A stretch of 50,251 nt of DNA from Bdellovibrionota bacterium. Lineage in GTDB: Bacteria > Bdellovibrionota_C > UBA2361 > OMII01. Position 1 is the first letter of the stretch, and every line of letters starts with the position of its first letter. Of the stretch, positions 39,359 to 48,870 are shown piece after piece. The DNA is taken from assembly GCA_044356215.1 (NCBI GenBank), contig JBIKWQ010000015.1, positions 1 through 50,251 of the forward strand, in the 5' to 3' direction. The position numbers and the translations under genes are program-made. The notes under the pieces were generated by a model. The model was given only the letters and a program-made list of their open reading frames with translations. It searched no databases and was not told the origin of the DNA.

Positions 39359-39834
39359 AAAGCGTCTGCCTTCAGCTCTGAGAGGCACGAGTTATTTATC
39401 TCTCCGTGAACGATACACGAAGCGAGATCTCTTCGTGGTCTATTAAACGCGTATAGCGAGAGGGTCGAAAATAATACCGCTACTGTCGCGATAATAAAAA
39501 CCGCTCTTATTACAGGGAGCGCCCGAGGACCAGGTCTAATAGCGCGGCCAAGAAGGGTAATATACGCGAGTAGAGATACTATCCACGATGACGCGCAAAA
39601 TATCAGAGCGCTGACGACGGCTGAGATCGCATTTAGTCCAGATGTTCCTAGGCGTGTGAAAGGTCTAATAAAAGCGCCGATAAATGGCAGAATAAATAGG
39701 AGCGCGAGCCCCAAGCTCCATCCCGAGGGGATCATATTAGAGATAGAGCTACCCGCCGAGCTAAGGTCGCTCCCTACACGCGGCATAAAGCCACTAAGTT
39801 GCTGAAGAGTCTGTGAAATAGATAGCTCACTCAT
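39355..39834 (-). CDS. Hypothetical membrane protein
   Basis: About three hydrophobic helices. Confidence 0.7.
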   Translation of the reverse strand: MSELSISQTLQQLSGFMPRVGSDLSSAGSSISNMIPSGWSLGLALLFILPFIGAFIRPFTRLGTSGLNAISAVVSALIFCASSWIVSLLAYITLLGRAIRPGPRALPVIRAVFIIATVAVLFSTLSLYAFNRPRRDLASCIVHGEINNSCLSELKADAF

Positions 39835-39913
39835 AGTTGTTAATTTAGGTTATGGGGAAGTTTGCTCTGGATGTGATTTAAGTCAGAAAAGGATTCAGCA
39901 GATCAAAATCTCT

Positions 39914-40307
39914 TTGACTATCTTTTAAACTTGCTATACCTTGAAATTCTCTTATCCAATTTTTTGGGGAAACAGATGAGAATTTTTAAGGCGATGAATA
40001 GTGGCGAGTTTGTGATGGCGGGGACATCCCGTTTCATGACCTCCCAATCTCAGCGTTGAGGCTGGCCTTAAAGTCGCCAGCTCCTCCTAGAGCTGGCGGA
40101 TTCCTCTCTTAAAACTAAATCAACATCACGGTTGATTCCTGATTTCAGCGAGTAATAAACGAAGCTCTCTTAGAAAAAAGAGGAGTTGCGCACTTTATTC
40201 CAGTGACGCGTTGTTCGCGTCTGTTCGTTTCCAGCGAAGCATTGACGCTTAAATTTTGATTTTCGTGAAACGAGGCGCGGCCTCAGTTTCATCAGGAGTG
40301 GGGATTT
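39914..40307 (+). promoter_or_regulatory. Promoter plus long structured leader with candidate leader peptide (39976-40059) and alternative hairpins
   Basis: TTGACT-N17-TACCTT; GGGGA RBS and 27-aa ORF; stem CGCCAGCTC/GAGCTGGCG competing with GCTGGC 40061-40066. Confidence 0.6.
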
Positions 40308-42128
40308 ATGTTCAATAAAATAAAAAACAACCCAATAGTCTATCTTGTCACACGCATGTGGGAGTTCGGACGTGACCGCCGGGCGACTATCGTCACGACG
40401 ATGATTGGCTCAGCGCTAGCTATGATGACTTGGCTGACAGTACCGCTGGTGATGGCTAAGTTTATAAACAGTGCCCAGCGAGCGGCGAGCTCTAACGAGT
40501 TGTTGGAGTGCGCCGGCCTACTTGGTCTGTCGGTTATCTTAGGTGTTATCGCTTGGATGTTTCACGGGCCGAGTCGGGTAACTGAGCTGCTCACCTCTGT
40601 TCATGTGCGACGCAATATGCACGTCGCGCTATTAACTAAGGTAACGCGGTTGCCGATGAAGTGGCACACCCAGCATCACAGTGGAGAGACGATCGACCGA
40701 GTCGCTAAAGCGGGGTCGGCGCTATCCGAGTTTGCTGACTCTTCTTTCATGGTTGTTCAGCTCTTATCGAGATTGATAGGGGCTATGATTATGATGGCGT
40801 TCTTCATGCCAGAGGCGGCGCTGATCGTCGGTGTATCAATTGCCTTAGCAGTCGCGCTGATTTTGGCTTTTGACCGAGTATTAGTTCCGCTCTACGAGAG
40901 TGGTAACATTGTGCTCAATCACGTTGCCTCGAAGGTTCAGGACTATCTGACTAATATCACTACGGTGATAAGTCTCAGGCTTGAAGGGCGTGTTGTGAAC
41001 GAGATCAATCGAAAGATTGATAAGTTCATGCCGATAACTCGCAAGACGAGCGTTCTAAATGAGGTTAAGTGGTTCTTCACGAATCTATTAGTTGATATTA
41101 CCCGAGTAGTGACCCTATTCTGGTTCGTCTTTAAGGCAGTAAAGAGCGGTAAAGTTGTCGAGCTTGGTACATTAGTCGCGCTAAACGAGTACTTAACAGC
41201 TCTGGGAAATTCGTTCTTTGAGTTCACCTGGAAGTGGGGTGACTTTGTTATTAAAGCGACGAGGCTAAAAGCTATTGAGGCAATTGAGCGCGATTATTCA
41301 GCTCTTGTTGGAGAGGTGTCTCTGGAGCGTTTGCCGAAGGGATGGAAGAAGCTTCAGTTGACCGGGTTGTCCTTCAGACATGAGGGAGGAGATAAAGACG
41401 GCGCTGGCGTCTTCGATGTAAGCCTTTTGCTTGAGCGAGGTAAGAGCTACGCGGTTGTTGGAGCGAGTGGTGGTGGTAAATCAACATTGCTCTCACTGAT
41501 GCGTGGACTAAACAAAGCGCAAGCGGGTGAGGTATTTTGCGATGGTGTGAAGATAGAGAGCGGAATGACCGCTGTTTCACACAACACGACCCTTATCCCT
41601 CAAGAGCCCGAGGTCTTCGCTGATACGGTGCTAAATAACGTTACTATGGGTGTGGAGACTCCAGAGGAGAAGGTTCTGGAGGCTCTGGCGATGGCTAGAT
41701 TTTCGGAGGTTCTAGTCGATCTTCCAAAGGGTCTGGCCACTAACATCGCGGAGAAGGGTGTGTCTCTTAGTGGTGGTCAAAAACAGAGATTAGCTCTAGC
41801 TCGTGGATTGTTCTTCGCCCTTGACAGCGACTCAGACATTATACTGATGGACGAGTCGACAAGCAGTGTCGATATAGCTAACGAGCAGGGGATCTTTGAA
41901 GTGCTATTAGAGCGCTTTAAACACGATCTGATCTTGGCGACAACTCACAAGTTCAATCTCCTGCCGCTCTTTGACGAGGTAATTGTTATGAGAGATGGTC
42001 GGGTTGTTGAGAAGGGGCCGCTGGATACGCTTATCGCCAATAGGGGTGTGATGTCAGAGATGTGGGACTCGTACTCGCGCTCGGCAGGTTACAGAGTGGC
42101 AGGGATGGTCGCACACGGCTACGAGTAA
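40308..42128 (+). CDS. ABC exporter, fused permease/ATP-binding
   Basis: TM domain, GASGGGKST, PQEPE, LSGGQKQRLALARG, MDESTSSVD; AGGAG RBS. Confidence 0.93.
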   Translation: MFNKIKNNPIVYLVTRMWEFGRDRRATIVTTMIGSALAMMTWLTVPLVMAKFINSAQRAASSNELLECAGLLGLSVILGVIAWMFHGPSRVTELLTSVHVRRNMHVALLTKVTRLPMKWHTQHHSGETIDRVAKAGSALSEFADSSFMVVQLLSRLIGAMIMMAFFMPEAALIVGVSIALAVALILAFDRVLVPLYESGNIVLNHVASKVQDYLTNITTVISLRLEGRVVNEINRKIDKFMPITRKTSVLNEVKWFFTNLLVDITRVVTLFWFVFKAVKSGKVVELGTLVALNEYLTALGNSFFEFTWKWGDFVIKATRLKAIEAIERDYSALVGEVSLERLPKGWKKLQLTGLSFRHEGGDKDGAGVFDVSLLLERGKSYAVVGASGGGKSTLLSLMRGLNKAQAGEVFCDGVKIESGMTAVSHNTTLIPQEPEVFADTVLNNVTMGVETPEEKVLEALAMARFSEVLVDLPKGLATNIAEKGVSLSGGQKQRLALARGLFFALDSDSDIILMDESTSSVDIANEQGIFEVLLERFKHDLILATTHKFNLLPLFDEVIVMRDGRVVEKGPLDTLIANRGVMSEMWDSYSRSAGYRVAGMVAHGYE

Positions 42129-43768
42129 AGAATCCGCCGCATGATAGAAATACGCTCTCTAAGCTGAGTTTCAGTGCAGTTTGTTTGGCTTGGAATCTTC
42201 TGAATCGAGTTTAGATGAGCGTGTATCTGTGCATGCGATTGACGAGTTCTCTTGTGATGTAGGTTTACTAATTTACGCAGCTCTAAAGTTAGTAGGGCTT
42301 TCTCCTCGGCTCGTGTGCGTCGCTCATCTAGTCGCGCAACTACCTTTTCGGTGACGACCTGTTGAACCGCGTCTGACTGAGTCGGTTCGCCAAAAAGGGT
42401 TAATTGATTGCCGTGAACGATAACTGAGCTTAACCCTGAATTGGTTGAGGCTAACGCCTCCCATTTAGGCCGATCGGGTTTGTCATCGTTGCGAGCTGCC
42501 CTAAGTTCTCCATCAAAGAGATCGTTAGCTCGAGGACGTATGCAGTGGCGGATCTCATCCTCGATCTCTTCGGCTAATTTGATCAGCGAGGGATCGGCTG
42601 GGAGGTAGCAGTAGGCTACCTGTAGCGCGGCGAGCGTTGGGATGCGTCTTACAATGCGTCCTAAGAACTGCCTAAAATACATCTTAGTTCTTATAGTAGT
42701 GGCGTAAACCCCCACACGGAGTCGGGGGATATCAACTCCCTCGCTCACCATATTGCACGCCACAAGCCACGGTTCTGATGAGTCGCGATATTTTTTTAGT
42801 TTGCGAGCCGCTTCCGGTTCATCAGATAAGATTACCACTGGCGATGTCTTGGTTATATTCGCCAGAAGCTTGGCTAATTTTCTGGCGTTTGTTTGGTCAG
42901 CCGCCACTAAAAGACCGCCAGCGTTTGGGTGCTCGAGTCGTGTCTTAACCAACATCTCATGAGCTTCTTTAAGCATCGGCTCAATCCATCCACTAGCTGG
43001 ATCTAAAGCGGCTCTGAGGCGCCTTGATTCACCAATCGCGTCTAGATCATCAGAGAACCAAGCGCGTGCATCTCCGGCGTCGTCGCGCCAGGCGACTTCA
43101 CCAGCATAGGTAAAAAAAGCGGTTGGGCGACACACCCCTTCCTCAACAGCGCGGCTGTAGGGATATGAGTAGTCTGGTAGGCTAAACCCCTGTTGATCGT
43201 ATGAGACAAACGGTATCGGAGAGTTATCGCTGCGAAACGGTGTGCCGCTTAGGCAGATGATAAAGCTCGCCTCGTGGAAAGCTGTTCGTAGCCCATCTCC
43301 CCATGAGAGTCCGTCACCCGCGTGGTGAACCTCGTCTAAAATGATGCACGCCCCTTGAGTTAGCTTCTTAAAGGTCGCCGGTTTCTGCGCCACCTGCTGA
43401 TAGGTTACTACAAAGCCAGCATAGTCATCGGTTAGCTCACCACGACTATTCGAGAAGGAGCTATCTAAATGGAGGTTCATCTCTAGCGCTGCTCGCGCCC
43501 ACTGGATTTTTAAATGCGCGGTGGGAACAACGATTCCGATCTTGTTGACTCCCTGTTTGTTCTTTTGATGAAGCGCCAGCGCTAGAGCCGCTGTTGTCTT
43601 ACCCGCGCCCGGTGTCGCCTCGATCAGCACCGTTTTTTCGCGGCGCAGAACGCAGTCGCGGTAGATGCCGAAAGCCTCTTGTTGCCAGGGGCGGAGCTTG
43701 ATCTCAGGTAGAGTGGCTTGAGGTGCGATATTGGTGGATTTTAGGGAGTGAGCTTTTCGAGGTGGCAT
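42119..43768 (-). CDS. SF2 DEAD/DEAH-box (ResIII-like) helicase
   Basis: LRPWQ, ATPGAGKT, DEVHH, LSGTPFRSD, MVSEGVDIP, QFLGRIVR. Confidence 0.92.
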   Translation of the reverse strand: MPPRKAHSLKSTNIAPQATLPEIKLRPWQQEAFGIYRDCVLRREKTVLIEATPGAGKTTAALALALHQKNKQGVNKIGIVVPTAHLKIQWARAALEMNLHLDSSFSNSRGELTDDYAGFVVTYQQVAQKPATFKKLTQGACIILDEVHHAGDGLSWGDGLRTAFHEASFIICLSGTPFRSDNSPIPFVSYDQQGFSLPDYSYPYSRAVEEGVCRPTAFFTYAGEVAWRDDAGDARAWFSDDLDAIGESRRLRAALDPASGWIEPMLKEAHEMLVKTRLEHPNAGGLLVAADQTNARKLAKLLANITKTSPVVILSDEPEAARKLKKYRDSSEPWLVACNMVSEGVDIPRLRVGVYATTIRTKMYFRQFLGRIVRRIPTLAALQVAYCYLPADPSLIKLAEEIEDEIRHCIRPRANDLFDGELRAARNDDKPDRPKWEALASTNSGLSSVIVHGNQLTLFGEPTQSDAVQQVVTEKVVARLDERRTRAEEKALLTLELRKLVNLHHKRTRQSHAQIHAHLNSIQKIPSQTNCTETQLRERISIMRRILYS

Positions 43769-43911
43769 CAGTACAACGGAGCAACAGGCTAGCCAGTCCT
43801 GTAGGGTACTTCATGCTTGACCTGGGCGCTACTTGAAAAAAGCGTAGCTACTCACCGGATTTTTTTGATCGTTGTAGTCATTGCATCGCTAAATAGGGTA
43901 TTCTCGTGCAT

Positions 43912-44074
43912 TAGGGCGTCGCAGTTCTTTATCACCACAGAGGACGCAGAGGACACAGAGAACGGCCATTTTATGGGCAATTATGGGGTTTTCTCTGTGT
44001 CCTCTGCGTCCTCTGTGGTAAAAAATATTTTACTAATTGTCTCAGCAGCTTACCAAAAACACTGCGACGCCCTA
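43912..44074 (+). mobile_element. MITE-like hairpin element, full 163-bp copy with perfect 9-bp TSD
   Basis: TIRs TAGGGCGTCGCAGT / ACTGCGACGCCCTA; CTCGTGCAT at 43903-43911 and 44075-44083; arms 43934-43962 / 43991-44019. Confidence 0.95.
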
Positions 44075-44275
44075 CTCGTGCATCTTCTTTCTTGACACCG
44101 CCTAGTCGTGGGCGCCTAAATATTAGGGTTTAAGAGATAGCGTGTCTTTATCTTCATCTTCTTGAGAAATTAGGCCACATTCTTGCGCCAGTTCCACAAA
44201 TTTGTCAGCCAACTCGCCCCTTTGGTTAGAGATGATAAGTTGATGCGCGAAGCGCTCAAACCAATCAGCCTCGGG

Positions 44276-45610
44276 TTACAGCAACGTCCTCCTGTCAAAA
44301 GAAGTTCTTAACTCGCTCGTCAGAACATTCAAACATACTTCTTGGAGCACAGAGGGGCCCTGCACGCTAGGGGCTAAGTCATTAATCTGTTTTATCGCCT
44401 CGAGACCGCTCGTGCCAAACGCGCAGAGTGGTTGCAATATCATTTCGTAAAACTTTCTCTCTGATATTCCGTGATCTCGCTCGAGGTTTGCTAAATAAGG
44501 ACTAGGTTTTTGGATCATTTCCGTTAGCTTCTTGATTAGGCCCTCTCGGGCAGTATGAATTCGCTGTGCGTGAGGGGTCGTACTATCATCCGTTATCGCA
44601 AAATGCTTAGTACCGCTACCAAATCTAGAAATCTGCTCAAGGGTATGCTCTAGGCGAGTTAACTTTGAGCTAGGAGCTAGGTCGTCTATTAGATGCTTAA
44701 CATTTCCTGAACTAGCCGCTAATTCGGTTAGTATCTCAGCCACGGTTCTCTCGCTTCCGCTAAGCCCTCGTTTTTGAGTTTCATTGTATCGGCACTCGTT
44801 GCTTATATTAGATAATAAAGATTCTAGTCGAACTACAGCAGAACTCACTGAAATCGTTTTGTATCTGCCAAGAGGGGAGTCTTCGCGCAATCCCGTCTCT
44901 AATAAGTCTCTTGCTATGCGCGTCGCGTCTGCGGCATTCTTAAACGCATCTCCTTCCTTGTACGGCACGCTGCTCCCAGAGGTTCGCAGGAAATCCCTCA
45001 AAGAAAGGGTAGCGCTTTCTACCTCTGTACTGAGGATACTTCGGTAAATATCAGCCGATAGATCCCAGAGTTGTGTGAGCAAAAGTCGGAATTGTACTAT
45101 CGACTCATTGAGATAAGGATTAGAATTAGAGTTGACGTCACAAACAGGTCGCCCCTCTTCTAGTTTCGACCCTAGTTCAGCTATAAATTGTGAACGTTCC
45201 TTGATCCAATCGGCTAGCGATCTCTCTAGTGGCGCAAACTGGCCTCCCGAATTCCCATGTTGAGTCGAAGGTGTAAGCTGCGAAATAATTTCGGATAGCA
45301 GCTTGTGTACCTTATTGCCGGTGGTCGTTAGCTCGCCCGATAGTGCTTCGGCTATCTCACGCTGTTTACCCGGCTTCTCAGACTCATCTAAAGTGTGCCA
45401 GATACCCGATACCTCATACACTTTCTTCAATCCACTACCATCGGCACCTCTGATATCCAGGAGGACCTCCGAAAAGCGGTCACCTACTGCTGAGACCAGT
45501 CTGCCGAGCGACTTGGTGGTCTCTTCGATGCGCGCAGCCAATTGGCCTACATTTAGCTCTTGGGCAACACCTTCCTGTGACCGTGGCCGCACCTGTGTAG
45601 TCAAATTCAT
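44276..45610 (-). CDS. Hypothetical helical protein
   Basis: 444-aa ORF filling the interval; no recognised motif. Confidence 0.7.
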   Translation of the reverse strand: MNLTTQVRPRSQEGVAQELNVGQLAARIEETTKSLGRLVSAVGDRFSEVLLDIRGADGSGLKKVYEVSGIWHTLDESEKPGKQREIAEALSGELTTTGNKVHKLLSEIISQLTPSTQHGNSGGQFAPLERSLADWIKERSQFIAELGSKLEEGRPVCDVNSNSNPYLNESIVQFRLLLTQLWDLSADIYRSILSTEVESATLSLRDFLRTSGSSVPYKEGDAFKNAADATRIARDLLETGLREDSPLGRYKTISVSSAVVRLESLLSNISNECRYNETQKRGLSGSERTVAEILTELAASSGNVKHLIDDLAPSSKLTRLEHTLEQISRFGSGTKHFAITDDSTTPHAQRIHTAREGLIKKLTEMIQKPSPYLANLERDHGISERKFYEMILQPLCAFGTSGLEAIKQINDLAPSVQGPSVLQEVCLNVLTSELRTSFDRRTLL

Positions 45611-45857
45611 GATTAGTCACTCATCTAAAAAAACAAACTTCTTAGCTTGTACATAGTAAAATAACGGCCAAAACCAAAAATCCCTTAACGTGTATTTTAA
45701 CAAATCCCAGCCGCCAAAGATAATCAGGCTAAAACCTTGGCATATCAGGTGTTTGCCAGGGCAGTCCGGAGCCTCGCTCCGCTCGTCTCGGGTCCTTGTG
45801 CGGCTGTATTTACAGCGGTAAAACTATCTCGCAAGCTAGTTGGCAGCTTTTGATTTT

Positions 45858-46769
45858 ATGACCCTTAATACTCCCACATTAAATCACCTTAAGACTCTCG
45901 AAGCTGAGAGTATCTATATAATGCGAGAGGTGGCGGCTCAGTTTGAGCGGCCAGTCCTACTTTACTCAGTAGGTAAGGATTCCTCGTGTTTAGTTAGATT
46001 AGCTCAGAAGGCTTTTTATCCGGGTAAGATTCCGTTTCCTTTTCTCCACATCGATACAGGGTACAAATTTAAGGAGATGTATTCGTTTCGAGATGCGTAC
46101 ACAAAAGAGATCGGTGTGACCTTGCACGTTTACCGGAACGAAGAGGCGATCGCTAACAACGCTAATCCCTACGACTTTGGAACTCAGGCGTGCTGCGGCT
46201 ACTTAAAAACAAAAGCGTTACTTGATGGTTTAAAAAAATACGAGTTTGACGCGGCGATAGGTGGAGCTAGAAGAGATGAAGAGAAATCTCGCGCCAAAGA
46301 GCGTGTGTTCTCTTTTAGAGATCCGTTTGGTCAATGGGATCCAAAGAATCAAAGGCCCGAGCTCTGGAGCCAGTATAACGGCAAGATTAAGAAAGGTGAG
46401 TCGATCCGTGTATTCCCACTTTCAAACTGGACTGAGTTAGATATCTGGCACTATATATTGATGGAGGAGATCCCGGTTGTGCCTCTGTACTTCGCTAAGT
46501 CAAGGCGTGTGGTCGCTAGGGGAGATAATCTTATACCGGTAGATGAGGCGGCAAGGTTGCTTCCAGGAGAGGTCCCGCAAGAGGTGATGTGCCGGTTCCG
46601 TAGCCTCGGCTGCACACCGTGCACTGGAGCTATCCGCTCAAACGCGACAACGCTAGAAGGGATAGTCGGCGAGATGATGGTGGCGAGAACCTCAGAGCGA
46701 GCCACCAGGGTAATCGATCACGACGCGGAGGGATCGATGGAAACAAAGAAAAGAGAGGGATACTTTTAG
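45858..46769 (+). CDS. cysD: Sulfate adenylyltransferase subunit 2
   Basis: [55 protein letters not shown]. Confidence 0.97.
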   Translation: MTLNTPTLNHLKTLEAESIYIMREVAAQFERPVLLYSVGKDSSCLVRLAQKAFYPGKIPFPFLHIDTGYKFKEMYSFRDAYTKEIGVTLHVYRNEEAIANNANPYDFGTQACCGYLKTKALLDGLKKYEFDAAIGGARRDEEKSRAKERVFSFRDPFGQWDPKNQRPELWSQYNGKIKKGESIRVFPLSNWTELDIWHYILMEEIPVVPLYFAKSRRVVARGDNLIPVDEAARLLPGEVPQEVMCRFRSLGCTPCTGAIRSNATTLEGIVGEMMVARTSERATRVIDHDAEGSMETKKREGYF

Positions 46770-48761
46770 ATGAACGCGAGAGGTTTAGGTATCGTCTCAG
46801 AGTTAACTGATCAGGGTCATATTTATAATAGAACCGCGCCGCGGAGCTTAACCGACTCTCAGGTGCGTGAGATCCTAGCTAAGAGCGAAAGGACAACGAT
46901 GCTCCGCTTTTCAACGGCGGGGAGTGTCGATGATGGAAAATCCACCTTAATCGGAAGGCTCCTTAGCGACTCAAAAAACGTCTACGACGATCACATTGCA
47001 GCGCTCGAGAAGAAAGCAAAAAATAAAGGAGAGGATCAGATAGATCTAGCTCTCCTTACAGACGGACTAAGAGCCGAACAGGAGCAGGGGATAACTATAG
47101 ATGTCGCCTATCGATATTTCTCAACTCCTAAGAGGCGTTTTATCTTAGCCGATACCCCAGGCCATGAGCAGTATACGCGCAATATGGCTACGGGGGCGTC
47201 AACCGCTGATCTGACGATTATCTTAATAGACGCCAGAAAGGGGGTTTTAACTCAAACCAAGCGCCATTCATTTATCGCTTCACTTCTTGGTGTGCCGAGA
47301 CTCCTTGTATGTGTAAACAAGATGGACCTAGTCGAATATAAACAGGAGGTGTTCGAGGAGATACGCGCGGACTACTCAGGTTTTTCAGCTAAGTTAGGTA
47401 TCAAAGAGATAAAGTTTATCCCCGTATCGGCTCTAAAAGGCGACTTTATAGTCGCCTCAAGTCAAAATATGCCGTGGTACTCGGGCGAGACGGTGATGCA
47501 GCACCTTGAAAATGTCTATATAGGCGCCGATCGTAACCAGATCGATTTTCGTTTCCCTGTTCAGTATGTGATTAGGCCAGATCAGAACTACCGCGGCTAT
47601 GCCGGACAGATTCGCTCAGGAAGTATATCTGTTGGTGAGGAGATCGTCGCTTTGCCGTCGCTGCGGCGTTCAAAAGTTAAATCAATCGATTATATGGATA
47701 CCGACCCAGCGAATAGAAGCCTAGCGTCAGCGGCAGCGCCGCTCTCTGTTTCGATCACACTAGAAGACGAAATCGATATATCGCGCGGTGACATGATCGT
47801 AAGAAGTCATAACATGCCGCAGATAAGGCAGGAATTTGAGGCGATGCTCGTTTGGATGTCAGAGAAGCCGATGGATCGGGCGCGTTCGTATATCATTATG
47901 CACACATCGCGGCAAACAAAGAGTTATGTCACGGCGGTTAACTATCGCGTGAACGTTAATTCTCTGCACAGAGAAGAGGGGAGAGCTCTTGAGTTAAATG
48001 AGATAGGCAGGGTGTCGATTGCAACAAAACAGCCACTTTTTATCGACCCGTATGAAAGAAATAGATCTACCGGTAATTTTATCCTCGTAGATGAGGACTC
48101 TTTCCAAACTGTAGCTGGTGGAATGATTATCGATCGTCAGCCTCGTGAGATAGCGGGGGTTGGCGGCAACAAGAGCCCTAGGTCAGCCGATATCCATAGA
48201 GAAGACGGCTCGATTACTCGGGGAGCGCGTGAATCTCGCTTCGGTCACAGAGCTGTCACTGTCTGGTGCACAGGACTTAGTGGCTCAGGTAAATCAACCC
48301 TCGCTAAAGCTCTTGAAGCGCGGATGTTTAATGATAGTCGACCTGTGTATCGTCTCGATGGTGATAATTTAAGATTCGGGATTAATCATGATCTCGGATT
48401 TAGTAAAGAGGATAGGCGAGAGAATGTCAGAAGGGCGGCGGAGGTCGCTAAATTATTTAACGATGCCGGCGTGTCGGTTATCTGCTCTTTGATCTCACCG
48501 ATGCGAGAGGATCGGGAGAGAGCTCGGGAGATCGTAGGCTCAGAGAGTTTCGTAGAGGTATATCTGAGCGCTCCGATAGATGAATGTGAGCGGCGTGATC
48601 CGCACGGACTATACAAAAAAGCGCGAGCAGGTGAGATCTCCGAGTTTACCGGAGTATCAGCACCTTATGAGGCTCCAGAGAGTCCGGATTTAGAGCTCGA
48701 CACCTCAAAGTTATCTGTCGATGAGTGCGTTGAGTCGCTGCTAAATAAGCTTGGCAGTTAA
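46770..48761 (+). CDS. cysNC: Bifunctional sulfate adenylyltransferase subunit 1 / APS kinase
   Basis: GSVDDGKST, GITIDVAYRYF, DTPGHEQYTRNM, then TGLSGSGKST, LDGDNLR, DPHGLYKKARAG. Confidence 0.97.
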   Translation: MNARGLGIVSELTDQGHIYNRTAPRSLTDSQVREILAKSERTTMLRFSTAGSVDDGKSTLIGRLLSDSKNVYDDHIAALEKKAKNKGEDQIDLALLTDGLRAEQEQGITIDVAYRYFSTPKRRFILADTPGHEQYTRNMATGASTADLTIILIDARKGVLTQTKRHSFIASLLGVPRLLVCVNKMDLVEYKQEVFEEIRADYSGFSAKLGIKEIKFIPVSALKGDFIVASSQNMPWYSGETVMQHLENVYIGADRNQIDFRFPVQYVIRPDQNYRGYAGQIRSGSISVGEEIVALPSLRRSKVKSIDYMDTDPANRSLASAAAPLSVSITLEDEIDISRGDMIVRSHNMPQIRQEFEAMLVWMSEKPMDRARSYIIMHTSRQTKSYVTAVNYRVNVNSLHREEGRALELNEIGRVSIATKQPLFIDPYERNRSTGNFILVDEDSFQTVAGGMIIDRQPREIAGVGGNKSPRSADIHREDGSITRGARESRFGHRAVTVWCTGLSGSGKSTLAKALEARMFNDSRPVYRLDGDNLRFGINHDLGFSKEDRRENVRRAAEVAKLFNDAGVSVICSLISPMREDRERAREIVGSESFVEVYLSAPIDECERRDPHGLYKKARAGEISEFTGVSAPYEAPESPDLELDTSKLSVDECVESLLNKLGS

Positions 48762-48870
48762 ACAATTTAGCCCTAGAACCTCAATTTCTTTAGCTTTTGA
48801 GACGAACTCTCATGTGAGGCCCTATAAACGGAGCCGCATGTATTCGGGAGGAGTGTAGGTACAGAAATAG

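Noticed and set aside
45766..45792. Short CCGGAGCCTCGCTCCGCTCGTCTCGG REP-like hairpin before cysD
   Set aside because: Single imperfect copy in the window; cannot be supported as a family or regulatory site.
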